Shown piece after piece: positions 34,384 through 43,469 of a stretch of DNA of 64,000 nt. Position 1 is the first letter of the stretch. The number at the start of each line of letters is the position of its first letter. Both the position numbers and the translations under genes were made by a program. The notes beneath the pieces were generated by a model that was not told the origin of the DNA, did not search any database, and worked only from the letters and a program-made list of their open reading frames with translations. The stretch comes from Pelagicoccus sp. (GTDB taxonomy: Bacteria; Verrucomicrobiota; Verrucomicrobiia; Opitutales; Opitutaceae): the NCBI GenBank assembly GCA_028284635.1, contig JANQRJ010000001.1, positions 30,624 through 94,623 on the forward strand, read 5' to 3'.

Positions 34384-36700
34384 CGATCTTCTTGGCGGCC
34401 TTTTCCTCGGTCTTTTGGCCGGGGTAGGCGATGCGCGAGTGCAGGGAGTTGAGCAGGGTGAAGATGAAGCTTTCGCGGACCTTGGCGACTTCCGCGATGG
34501 TGAGCGGGCTGTCGTTTAGCTGGCCGTCGTCGATGTTGGAGGCGAATATGCGGTCGACGAGTTCCTCGATGTTCTGCGGAGTAACCTTGGGCAGGGAGCG
34601 GCTGGCGGCTTCGATGGAGTCGGCGAGCAGGATGACGGCAGCTTCCTTGCTCTGGGGCTTGGGGCCGTCGTAGCGGTAGGTGGACTCTTGTACTTGATCC
34701 GGGTTGTCGCTCTGCTGCTTGGCTTTGTGGAAGAAGAAGCGGATGAGGTTGGTGCCGTGGTGCTGGCGGATGGCGTCGATGATGGGACGGGGCAGCTTGT
34801 AGGTGAGGCCGAGATCGACGCCTTCCTTGACGTGGCTTTTGATGATAAGGGCGCTGAAGGAGGGGGACTTTTCGTCGTGGGGGTTGTAGCCTTCGAGCTG
34901 GTTTTCGGTGAAGTACTCGGGTTTTACGAGCTTGCCGATGTCGTGGAACATGCAGGCGACTCGGGCGAGCAGGCCGTTGGCTCCGATGGCGTTACAGCCG
35001 TTTTCGGCGAGGTTGGCGACCATGAGGGAGTGGTGCCAGGTGCCGGGGGCTTCGAGCTGCATGCGTCGCAGGAGGGGGTGGTTGTAGTCGCAGAGCTCGA
35101 GCAGAGTGATGTCGGTGGTGCGTTTGAAGAGGCCTTCGAGAATGGGTAGCAGGCCGACGATGACGACGCCTTCGGCGAGTCCGGTGAGCAGGCCGCCGAC
35201 CATCTGGTAGATGATGGTGGGCCAGGGCAGGCCGTCGATGGAATTGAAGAGGAGGGTGAAGATGGCGATGCTGAGTCCTGCGAAGAAGCCTGCAGTGACG
35301 ACGCGGCCGCGCTTGCGCAGATTGCGGCTGACGTAGATGCCGACGGCGGAGGCTAGGAAGGACATGACGAGCAGATCGAGCCGGTTGCCGAACATGACGG
35401 CGGTGAAGAGGCTGATCATGAGGGCCATGAGAAGCCCGGGTCCGGTGCCGATGAGGATGGCGACGATGATGGGGGCCAGCACGGTCGGCGTGACGTAGGG
35501 GAGGATGGCGGCCAGGTTGCTGTCGTAGAGGAAGGCTTCGAAGTTTCCGAGCTCGTAGCAGGTGCGGATGAGCAGGAGGTTTATGACTACGACGAGGGCG
35601 AGCAAGGCGAGCCGGCCGTTGGACTGCAGCGTCACCTTGTGCTCGAGCCGGATGTAGAAGGTGGCGGCGATGACCATGGCGAGCACGAGGAGAATCCGCC
35701 CGATGAGCTGGTTGTCGATGGCGCCGACGTCCTTGTCGGCGAGATGGCGTTGATAGGCGAGCAGTTGTTCATGCTGCTCGGGGGTGACGGGCTGGCCTAG
35801 CTCGATGATGCTGGCGCCTTCTCGGACAGTCACGATGACGGGCTCGAAGGAGGCCTTCATCTCCTCGCGCAGGCGTTCCATTTCTCTGACGCTTTTGCGG
35901 AGGTTTGGCTTGAGGGCGTCGCGAAAGAGACGGCTGACGGCTTCGGCGACGTCGGGCGAGATGTTGGCGGCGCCGAGGTTGATGCGCACGGAGCGGAGGG
36001 CGTCTTCGATGGATTCGACGCGTTTCTGGCCGATCTTGTCGTCCTGGTTGGCGATGTGGAAGATGGCGACGCTGTCTTTGCCGAAGGCGAAGGTGGGGTC
36101 GTTTTGGTCGTAGATGCCGAGCTTGTAGCTCTCGCGGATGGAGATCAGGCCGGTTTTGACGAGTTCCTCTATCGTATCGAGGTCGGCATGGTCGATGATG
36201 GCTTCGAGGTTGTCGGCGGAGAGTCGGTAGTCGCCCTTGGCGTTGAAGTCGCTAGTGATGCTTTCGATCTCCTGGCGGGCGCGGCTGGCGGAGAGGTCTT
36301 GCTCGACGGCGAGGAACCTTTCGATGGCGTCGAGCAGCTCGCCGACGTGCTTCTCGAAGGTGAGGTAGGGCTCCATGTCTATGCGGTAGACGTGGGGGAC
36401 GGAGTCCAGGAGCTGCTGCTGCTTGCGTTCGCTGAGGATCTTACTGCGGTAGGAGAAGCTCTCGGCGGCGGCGATGCGGATGGAAGCGACTTGGTTGGGC
36501 AGGATCTGAAAGCCGCCGGGCTTGATGCCTACGAAGCTGGTGGTGACGATGGCGGCTACGGTGACGACGAAGACGAGGACCGCGACGACCCGATTCTCCT
36601 CCAGAAACTTGGGGAGGGAGGAGGGGGTCTCGGTGCGGCGTTTGCGCTTCTTGGCGAAGGCTTTGTTGAACCACGCCTTGAACTGCTCTGAGAACGGCAT
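34340..36700 (-). CDS. 7TM-HD family phosphohydrolase (PgpH/YqfF-like)
   Basis: Extracellular region, 7 TM helices, EAPGTWHHS, HDIGK, HVKEG, QHHGT, ADSIEAA. Confidence 0.9.
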   Translation of the reverse strand: MPFSEQFKAWFNKAFAKKRKRRTETPSSLPKFLEENRVVAVLVFVVTVAAIVTTSFVGIKPGGFQILPNQVASIRIAAAESFSYRSKILSERKQQQLLDSVPHVYRIDMEPYLTFEKHVGELLDAIERFLAVEQDLSASRARQEIESITSDFNAKGDYRLSADNLEAIIDHADLDTIEELVKTGLISIRESYKLGIYDQNDPTFAFGKDSVAIFHIANQDDKIGQKRVESIEDALRSVRINLGAANISPDVAEAVSRLFRDALKPNLRKSVREMERLREEMKASFEPVIVTVREGASIIELGQPVTPEQHEQLLAYQRHLADKDVGAIDNQLIGRILLVLAMVIAATFYIRLEHKVTLQSNGRLALLALVVVINLLLIRTCYELGNFEAFLYDSNLAAILPYVTPTVLAPIIVAILIGTGPGLLMALMISLFTAVMFGNRLDLLVMSFLASAVGIYVSRNLRKRGRVVTAGFFAGLSIAIFTLLFNSIDGLPWPTIIYQMVGGLLTGLAEGVVIVGLLPILEGLFKRTTDITLLELCDYNHPLLRRMQLEAPGTWHHSLMVANLAENGCNAIGANGLLARVACMFHDIGKLVKPEYFTENQLEGYNPHDEKSPSFSALIIKSHVKEGVDLGLTYKLPRPIIDAIRQHHGTNLIRFFFHKAKQQSDNPDQVQESTYRYDGPKPQSKEAAVILLADSIEAASRSLPKVTPQNIEELVDRIFASNIDDGQLNDSPLTIAEVAKVRESFIFTLLNSLHSRIAYPGQKTEEKAAKKIDEKPAERVEANVGK

Positions 36701-36758
36701 ACGTAGATGGACTCGCGTGTATCGGAATGATTCAATCTAGAGCAAGCTATTCCTGCCC

Positions 36759-37721
36759 CTACTGGTGGGTGTCACGGTAGCGATCGTAGGCTTCGATGAT
36801 GCGTTGCACGAGCTGGTGCCTTACGACATCAGTGTTGTCGAAGAAATGAAAGGCGACTCCTTTGATGCCTTTTAGTATGTTTTTGACCTCGAGCAGGCCG
36901 GAAATGCGGGCCTTGGGAATGTCGATTTGGGTGAGGTCGCCGGTGACGACCATCTGGCTGCCCTCGCCCAGGCGGGTGAGGAACATCATCATTTGCTCGG
37001 GCGTGGTGTTTTGGGCTTCGTCCAGGATGACGAAGGCGTTGCTGAGCGTGCGGCCGCGCATGTAGGCGAGGGGCGCTATCTCGATGATGCCGCGCTCGAT
37101 GAGCTTTTCCACGTCGGTGGGGGACATCATGTCGTGCAGGGCGTCGTAGAGGGGACGAAGGTAGGGGAGGATCTTCTCCTGCAGGTCTCCGGGCAGGAAG
37201 CCGAGGGTCTCGCCAGCCTCTACGGCGGGACGGCTGAGGATGATGCGTTCGATGTCGCCGGAGAGCAGCTTGGACACGGCAGCGGCCATGGCGAGGTAGG
37301 TCTTGCCTGTGCCAGCGGGGCCTATCCCGAAGACGACGTCGTTGGCGAAGATTTCGGCGAGGTAGCTTTTTTGCCCGACGCTTTTCGGGACGATGCTCTT
37401 TCGCTTGGTCTTGATCACGGTGCCGCGTTCGTAGAGAGAGCGCAGCTCGTCCTGGCGACCGTTTGCCACGCCGTTCGCAACCTTCTGGAAATCGGCGTTC
37501 TTGATGTTGAGACCTTGTTCGCGGCCCTCCTGGAGGATGTTGAAGACTTCGGCTACGGCTTCGACTGCGTCGGGGGACGGGGCTTCGATCTGCACCCAGT
37601 TGTCGCGGCTGAGCACGGTCGCGTCGAAGGTCTGCTCGAGCAGTTCGAGGTTTTCCTCGCGACCGCAGTAGAGTTCGCCTAGCTGGCGCGGACTTTGGAA
37701 GTGTAGTTTGCGGGAAGGCAA
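36759..37721 (-). CDS. phoH: PhoH family protein
   Basis: GPAGTGKT, RPAVEAGE, LRPLYDAL, RGRTL, DEAQN, VVRH. Confidence 0.93.
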   Translation of the reverse strand: MPSRKLHFQSPRQLGELYCGREENLELLEQTFDATVLSRDNWVQIEAPSPDAVEAVAEVFNILQEGREQGLNIKNADFQKVANGVANGRQDELRSLYERGTVIKTKRKSIVPKSVGQKSYLAEIFANDVVFGIGPAGTGKTYLAMAAAVSKLLSGDIERIILSRPAVEAGETLGFLPGDLQEKILPYLRPLYDALHDMMSPTDVEKLIERGIIEIAPLAYMRGRTLSNAFVILDEAQNTTPEQMMMFLTRLGEGSQMVVTGDLTQIDIPKARISGLLEVKNILKGIKGVAFHFFDNTDVVRHQLVQRIIEAYDRYRDTHQ

Positions 37722-37726
37722 AACGG

Positions 37727-37758
37727 AGTGAAAAGTTAAGAGTGAAGAGTTAAGAGTT
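37727..37758. repeat. Solo heptamer-periodic arm (AAGAGTT)n
   Basis: agtgaaaagttaagagtgaagagttaagagtt. Confidence 0.6.
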
Positions 37759-37802
37759 GGGAGGTGGGTGCTGGACGGAAGAGCTACAGACTGAATAGCT
37801 GC

Positions 37803-38294
37803 CTATCGCAGCTCTGCTGCGATGGCGTGGAGCTTTTCCCAGAGGGCCTCTAGGGCTTGGGGGAGGACGCGGGTGGAGCCGAGTACGGGCATGAAGTTGG
37901 TGTCGCCTTTCCAGCGGGGGACGACGTGTTGGTGGAGATGGCGAGGGACGCCGGCTCCGGCGGCTTCGCCGATGTTGATGCCGATGTTAAAGCCGTCCGG
38001 TTTGAGGGCGGCTTGCAGGATGCGTTTGGCCTTGATGGTGGTTTGGGAGAAGCAGTGGAACTCTTCGGGAGTGAGGTCTTCGAGGTCGGGAACTTCGCGG
38101 TAGGGGAGAATCAACAGGTGACCGCCATTGTAGGGGTAGCGGTTCATCAGGATGAAGCTGTGCGTCTCGCGGCTGACGATAAGGGCGGCCTTGTCGTCGC
38201 CTAGCTTGGGAAGCTCGACGAAGGGGTGTCGCCGGTCTGGAGTAGTCTCCTGGACGACGTATTCCATTCTCCAGTATGCGTGCAAGTGGTCCAT
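37803..38294 (-). CDS. HIT family hydrolase (Ap4A phosphorylase-like)
   Basis: Start reassigned to MDHLHAYWRMEY; NRYPYNGGHL, GFNIGIN, HLHQH, PRWKGDTNFM. Confidence 0.9.
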   Translation of the reverse strand: MDHLHAYWRMEYVVQETTPDRRHPFVELPKLGDDKAALIVSRETHSFILMNRYPYNGGHLLILPYREVPDLEDLTPEEFHCFSQTTIKAKRILQAALKPDGFNIGINIGEAAGAGVPRHLHQHVVPRWKGDTNFMPVLGSTRVLPQALEALWEKLHAIAAELR

Positions 38295-38381
38295 GGGAGA
38301 GTGAGGATTAGGGATGAGGCGCCGGGAATTTGGAAGAAGGAAATGGCTCGAGAGTTTTGGGTTCTGGGGCGCAGCTTTGCC

Positions 38382-38477
38382 AATCTTCATCTGCTTCTGC
38401 TTCTTCATCTTCTTCTTTCCAGGTTTTCTTGGTTTGGGAGGAAGAAGTAGAAGCAGATGAAGAAGTGGATGAAGATT
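38382..38477. repeat. Hexamer-periodic palindrome between divergent hit and waaA
   Basis: aatcttcatctgcttctgcttcttc ... gaagaagtagaagcagatgaagaagtggatgaagatt. Confidence 0.85.
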
Positions 38478-38531
38478 GTTGAGGGCGCCCAGGCTTGCCT
38501 TGGGCTTGGGGCTCGGGTTTTGAAGGCAGCG

Positions 38532-39821
38532 GTGTTTATCTGGATCTACAGGCTTTTGTTCGCCCCGCTCGTTTTGCTGAGCCTCCCGCGCTACGTGTTG
38601 CATATGCGTCGTAGGGGCGGATATCGGGAGCGTTTCGGCACGCGCTTCGGCTTGGGGCTTAGGGTGCCGGAGAAGGCTCCTGGCAAGCGTCGAGTCTGGA
38701 TACAGGCGGTGAGTCTGGGCGAGATGTTGGCTGTCGAGCCGCTTCTGCGGGAGTTGTCGAGCGACGAGCGTCTCGAGATCTACCTGACGACTACTACGAG
38801 TACGGGCTACGCCTTGGCGAAGAAGAACTACGGCGAGCTGGTGATTGGCGTATCCTATTTTCCGACCGATTTTTGGCCGTTTAGTCGAAGCGTCTGGCGG
38901 CAAATAGATCCTGACGTGGCCGTTTGCGCGGAGACCGAGCTTTGGCCAGAGCATATACGCCAAGCGAATCGAAGAGGGGTGCCGTTTTTGCTGGTGAATG
39001 GACGACTTTCGGATCGTTCGTTCCGCTCTATGAAGAAGCTGCGTTGGCTGGTGGGAGGGGTGTTGAGCAAGTTGACTCGGGTCTATGCGGGCTCGGAGCT
39101 GGATCGGGACCGATTCGTGAAGCTTGGTATCTCGCCGGAGAACGTGGAGAATACCGGCAACATCAAACTGGATTCGCAGGTAGGGCCTCTGCTCGGCCTG
39201 CAGGATCGAACCCTTCTCCGGACGGAGTTAGGCTTGGGAGAAGGATTCCTGCTCCTGGGTTCCTCAACCTGGCCGGGGGAAGAGGCGATGCTCCTGAAGG
39301 CGTTCGAAGAGCTGCGGGGATCGCGTCCAGATGCCCGGCTGCTTATCGTGCCGCGTCATGCGGAGCGTCGAGACGAGCTCGAGCGACTGATGGACGAGGA
39401 GGCGTCGCAGTGGCGTTGCCATTTCAAGTCGCGTGGCTTGCCGAGCGGAGATGTCGACATTCTGGTGGCTGACACGAGCGGCGAGCTGCGGATGTTGAGC
39501 CAATTGGCCGATCTAGCCTTTGTGGGAAAGTCATTGCCTCCCCACGCCGAGGGTCAGACTCCGGTGGAGTGCGGGGCTCTAGGAGTACCCATGGTTTTCG
39601 GCTTGGGGATGTCGAATTTCCGGGCGATTGCGGCCGGGCTTTTGCGTTCTGGAGCAGCCCGGCAGGTAGCCAGCGAAGAGGAGGCGATTCGAGCCATCTT
39701 GGATCTGGCGGATGACGAGAAGTCTCGTCGGGCTATGGGCGAAGCGGGTCTTCGTTGGCATGGTGAGAGTCGAGGAGCGGTTGCCCGCGTGGCTGCGGGG
39801 ATTCGCGATTGGCTTGAATAG
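38532..39821 (+). CDS. waaA: 3-deoxy-D-manno-octulosonic acid transferase
   Basis: WIQAVSLGE, TTTTSTG, ETELWPE, NGRLSDRS, GNIKLD, VPRHAER; GTG start assumed. Confidence 0.93.
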   Translation: MFIWIYRLLFAPLVLLSLPRYVLHMRRRGGYRERFGTRFGLGLRVPEKAPGKRRVWIQAVSLGEMLAVEPLLRELSSDERLEIYLTTTTSTGYALAKKNYGELVIGVSYFPTDFWPFSRSVWRQIDPDVAVCAETELWPEHIRQANRRGVPFLLVNGRLSDRSFRSMKKLRWLVGGVLSKLTRVYAGSELDRDRFVKLGISPENVENTGNIKLDSQVGPLLGLQDRTLLRTELGLGEGFLLLGSSTWPGEEAMLLKAFEELRGSRPDARLLIVPRHAERRDELERLMDEEASQWRCHFKSRGLPSGDVDILVADTSGELRMLSQLADLAFVGKSLPPHAEGQTPVECGALGVPMVFGLGMSNFRAIAAGLLRSGAARQVASEEEAIRAILDLADDEKSRRAMGEAGLRWHGESRGAVARVAAGIRDWLE

Positions 39822-39936
39822 CCTGTCCTGACGCAAGTTAAGCCCTTCTAATACAGTGCGGTGGGATTCGCTTTAGCGCCTGCCGTACTGGTCCTCGCTT
39901 GACAGGCTGGGTGGGTTTTCAGTTTAAACGCGGGCT

Positions 39937-40173
39937 ATGGCAGACAAAAACGATAAGTGGGCCGATAACGCGGAAGGCAAGTTTTACGTGGACGAGCAGT
40001 GCATCGACTGCGATCTGTGCCGAGAAACGGCTCCGGACTTCTTCACCCGGAACGACGGCGAGGCCTATTCCTACGTCTACAACCAGCCGAAGACCCAGGA
40101 AGACATCGACTTGTGTATGGAGGCTCTGGAAGGCTGCCCGGTTGAAGCCATCGGCGACGACGGCGATAGCTGA
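39937..40173 (+). CDS. Ferredoxin
   Basis: CIDCDLC...CPVEAIG. Confidence 0.93.
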   Translation: MADKNDKWADNAEGKFYVDEQCIDCDLCRETAPDFFTRNDGEAYSYVYNQPKTQEDIDLCMEALEGCPVEAIGDDGDS

Positions 40174-40196
40174 TCTGGACGACCGATTGAATTGGC

Positions 40197-40232
40197 AAAG
40201 CCGCATTCCCCCGAGGGGCTTGCGGCTTTTTT
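40197..40232 (+). terminator. Intrinsic terminator after ferredoxin
   Basis: AAAGCCGCA...TGCGGCTTT hairpin followed by a T6 tract. Confidence 0.8.
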
Positions 40233-40331
40233 GCGTCTCAAGACTGCCGTGGTCCTCTGCACTGCTTTCCGTTGCCTGCTGGGTAGGACTGCCGTTGTCC
40301 CAGAGCAGAGTTCTATAGTATAGCTTCGACC

Positions 40332-41600
40332 ATGGACACGCGAAGGAAACTGGAGATTCTGGCCGATGCGGCGAAATACGACGCGTCTTGCTCCAGCAGT
40401 GGAGGAGTCCGTCGCCACAGCTTGGGCGCCAAAGACGCTATCGGCTCTACCACAGGCTCGGGTATCTGTCATAGTTATGCTCCGGATGGCCGCTGTATCT
40501 CGCTGCTGAAGATCCTCTTCACCAACGCTTGCATTTTCGACTGCCGCTACTGCGTCAATCGTCGCTCCAGCGATACTCCGCGGGCCTCCTTCACCGTCGC
40601 CGAGGTCGTTTCTCTCACTCTGGATTTCTACAAGCGAAACTATATAGAAGGTCTCTTTCTCAGCTCCGGGATTGCGCGAAACGCTGACCATACGATGGAG
40701 CAGATCAACCGCGTGGCCCAGACCCTGCGTTGCGAGCATGGGTTTCGGGGATACATTCACCTGAAGACCATCCCGGAGGCCTCGCCCGAGCTGATCGCTC
40801 AAGCCGGCAAGTACGCCGACCGGCTCAGCGTCAACATAGAGCTGCCCACTCAGCAAGGCCTCGAGCAACTCGCTCCCGAGAAAAACCTCCGCCGTATCCA
40901 AGGCAGCATGGCGGGCATCCGAGCCCGCCAGGACGATAGTCGGGATCGCCGCAAGTCCGCCAATACAACACGTCAACGCTCCGCCCTTGCCAGGGAACGC
41001 GTCTTTGCCCCCGCCGGCCAAAGCACGCAAATGATTGTCGGAGCCGACAAGGCGGGCGACCGCCAGATTCTCAAGCGCGCCGACTATCTCTACCGATCCT
41101 ACCGTCTCAAGCGGGTCTACTACTCCGCCTACAGCCCTATTCCCCACGCCTCTGCTCTCCTGCCGCCCAAGTCGCCCCCGCTCGTCCGCGAAAACCGCCT
41201 CTATCAGGCCGATTGGCTCCTGCGCTTCTATGGCTTTCAGCTCGACGAGATCACGCCGGAAGGCGAGGGCGATCTCCCCCTCGATATCGATCCGAAAGCC
41301 GCCTGGGCCTTGCGCCACCGAGAGTTCTTTCCACTCGATATCAATGCCGCGCCCCGCGAGTCCCTGCTGCGTGTGCCCGGCTTTGGCGTGAAAACCGTGG
41401 AGTCCATTCTCGCGGCGCGCCGATACGGCAGCCTTGCCCTCGCCGACTTGGCTCGCATGCGCGCTCCAGTGAAAAAGGCTCTACCCTTCATCATCGCATC
41501 GGACCACCAGCCAAGCGGCTTGCAGCTCGACTCCTCCCGCCTCAAGCAACAGCTCGCCCAACCCGCCGAACAGCTTTTGCTGCCGCTGCAGCGAGGATAG
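40332..41600 (+). CDS. Putative DNA modification/repair radical SAM protein with HhH motif
   Basis: AAKYDASCSSSG, CIFDCRYC, GYIHLK, PAGQSTQM, RLYQADWLLRFYGF, LLRVPGFG (TIGR03916-like). Confidence 0.92.
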   Translation: MDTRRKLEILADAAKYDASCSSSGGVRRHSLGAKDAIGSTTGSGICHSYAPDGRCISLLKILFTNACIFDCRYCVNRRSSDTPRASFTVAEVVSLTLDFYKRNYIEGLFLSSGIARNADHTMEQINRVAQTLRCEHGFRGYIHLKTIPEASPELIAQAGKYADRLSVNIELPTQQGLEQLAPEKNLRRIQGSMAGIRARQDDSRDRRKSANTTRQRSALARERVFAPAGQSTQMIVGADKAGDRQILKRADYLYRSYRLKRVYYSAYSPIPHASALLPPKSPPLVRENRLYQADWLLRFYGFQLDEITPEGEGDLPLDIDPKAAWALRHREFFPLDINAAPRESLLRVPGFGVKTVESILAARRYGSLALADLARMRAPVKKALPFIIASDHQPSGLQLDSSRLKQQLAQPAEQLLLPLQRG

Positions 41601-41613
41601 ATCTAACCAAAAG

Positions 41614-43101
41614 ATGTTCATCCAACTGCATGCCAAGGACTTCGCATCCTGGCGGATCCAAGCCAGGGACATGCTCGCTCGCCAGATCCAGCCTGACTGT
41701 GTCCAGTGGATGGATACGCTAGCTTCGCAGCCCTCCCTCGCCCTTGAATACGATGCCGATTGCCGTTTGCCCGACCCGCCAGCGAAGCTCCGTCTAGCGG
41801 TTCCGAACCAATTCCTCGCTCTGGCCAAACGCGTGGCTTGCCACGCTTCGCCCGACAGATGGAACCCGCTCTACAGAACGCTGTGGCGCATCTCGGTCGA
41901 AGGCGACCGCTCTCTGCTCTCCAAGCCGAACGACCCCGATGTCAGCGCCCTCGCCCTTATGGACAAGGCCGTGCGCCGCGAGCGGCACAAGATGACCGCC
42001 TTCGTGCGCTTCCGTCGAGTCGAAGTTTCTCCTGCGCCCCCTGAAGGACGCGAGAGCTACGTAGCCTGGTACGAGCCCGTTCACGATGTGCTGCGACTGG
42101 CCGCTCCTTTTTTTCGCGACCGCTTCGCCTCTATGAATTGGTCGATTCTCACGCCTCGCGCCTCTGCCCACTGGGATGGCAGGGAGCTTCGCTACACCGA
42201 AGGCGTCGGCCGAGAATCCGCTCCTCGAGACGACGAACTGGAGACGTATTGGAAAAGTTATTACGCGAGCATCTTCAACCCAGCTCGTCTCAACATTCGC
42301 ATGATGGAGCGCGAGATGCCCCGACGCTACTGGAAGAATCTCCCCGAAGCGGATCTGATCTCCGAGCTTGCCGGGGCCTCTTATGGCCGGGCTAGCAAGA
42401 TGGTCGAGGAACTCGAAGTCCCGCGCTCGCGTCCCCGCCCGCGCGGCGCGCCAGACGGTTCCGAGCATCCAAGCTGCCAGAGTCCCGACCAAATCCGCTG
42501 GGTTGCCGAGGACAAGACTCTGGAGCAGCTGCGCGATCTAGCCTCCCGCTGCCAAGCCTGCCAGCTCTGCGAAGCCGCTACTCAAACGGTCTGGGGCGAA
42601 GGTCCGTCTGCCGCCAGCCTGTTTGTGGTAGGCGAGCAACCCGGTGATCAGGAAGACATCGTTGGCCAGCCTTTTGTCGGTCCCGCCGGTCAGCTGCTCA
42701 GCGAAGCCATGGAAAGCGTCGGGCTGGACCGTACCCAGATTTACCTGACGAACGCCGTGAAGCACTTCCGCTGGAAGCCTTCTGGCAAGCGCCGTCTGCA
42801 CCAACGTCCTTCGCCCGTTCATGTCGCCTCTTGCCAACCCTGGCTTGCCGCCGAGCTCGGAGCCGTACGTCCCCGCGTCGTCCTCTGTCTGGGCGCGACT
42901 GCCGCGAGAGCGATCGCCGGTCGCGAGCTGTCCATCGAAAAATGCCGAGGCCCGTTCGACGATCCGGCGCTGCCCTACCGCATCGTATTCACCTACCACC
43001 CATCCTACCTGCTGCGCCTCGAGGATACCGAAAGACGCGCTCGCGTGTATCGGGAATTTTGCGACGACCTGAAGTTGGCCTCTGCCCTCGCTGAGCAGTA
43101 G
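41614..43101 (+). CDS. DUF4130 (TIGR03915-like) fused to UdgX-type uracil-DNA-binding domain
   Basis: HKMTAFVRF, SIFNPARL, MPRRYWKNLPEA; then CQACQLC, GEQPG, TNAVKHF, KRRLH, HPSYLL. Confidence 0.9.
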   Translation: MFIQLHAKDFASWRIQARDMLARQIQPDCVQWMDTLASQPSLALEYDADCRLPDPPAKLRLAVPNQFLALAKRVACHASPDRWNPLYRTLWRISVEGDRSLLSKPNDPDVSALALMDKAVRRERHKMTAFVRFRRVEVSPAPPEGRESYVAWYEPVHDVLRLAAPFFRDRFASMNWSILTPRASAHWDGRELRYTEGVGRESAPRDDELETYWKSYYASIFNPARLNIRMMEREMPRRYWKNLPEADLISELAGASYGRASKMVEELEVPRSRPRPRGAPDGSEHPSCQSPDQIRWVAEDKTLEQLRDLASRCQACQLCEAATQTVWGEGPSAASLFVVGEQPGDQEDIVGQPFVGPAGQLLSEAMESVGLDRTQIYLTNAVKHFRWKPSGKRRLHQRPSPVHVASCQPWLAAELGAVRPRVVLCLGATAARAIAGRELSIEKCRGPFDDPALPYRIVFTYHPSYLLRLEDTERRARVYREFCDDLKLASALAEQ

Positions 43102-43109
43102 TCGTAGAC

Positions 43110-43423
43110 GTAGCGCGGATCCCGCAGAGCGCATAGGCGTCAACTTAAGCCTAAAAGCAGCGAGCTGGAGGGCAATGCTCCGTCATTGCCGCGGAGCCTA
43201 CAGAGGGAACAACCGCTGCGGCAACGACAGAGCGTTGCCCTCCTAGATGAGGCTTCTTACGTTAAGGTGACGCCTATGCGCAGAGCGGGACCGCGTGCGC
43301 GTTGTTTCTTATCCTCATCACCTTCTTCATCCTCATCTTTATCCTGTGATGAGGATGAAGATGAGGAAGAGGATGATGAGGGCGAATCGCGGACGCGGTC
43401 CCGCTCTGCGGGATCCGCGCTAC
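43110..43423. repeat. Composite nested REP/MITE-like element, copy 2
   Basis: Outer arms GTAGCGCGGATCCCGCAGAGCGGGACCGCGT; left arm interrupted by module 43132-43278 between 9-bp direct repeats CGCAGAGCG; central hexamer hairpin. Confidence 0.9.
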
Positions 43424-43431
43424 GTTGCGAA

Positions 43432-43455
43432 TTGCGGGCGAGCCGCCCGCGATCC
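43432..43455. repeat. Single REP, GCGGGCGAGCCGCCCGCG family
   Basis: Matches the core of 8350-8375. Confidence 0.7.
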
Positions 43456-43469
43456 TAGCTGCTTTTTCG

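Noticed and set aside
37803-38963. Long ORF-track versions of hit (386 aa), hisC, waaA, gluQ, GNAT, the OM transporter and the nitrate reductase, suggesting fusions
   Set aside because: The extensions run through intergenic repeats or antisense to neighbours and lack domain-like sequence; starts were reassigned
40233-40332. SOS/LexA box upstream of the radical SAM-UdgX pair
   Set aside because: No TGTTC-N4-GAACA-like or other clear palindrome was visible
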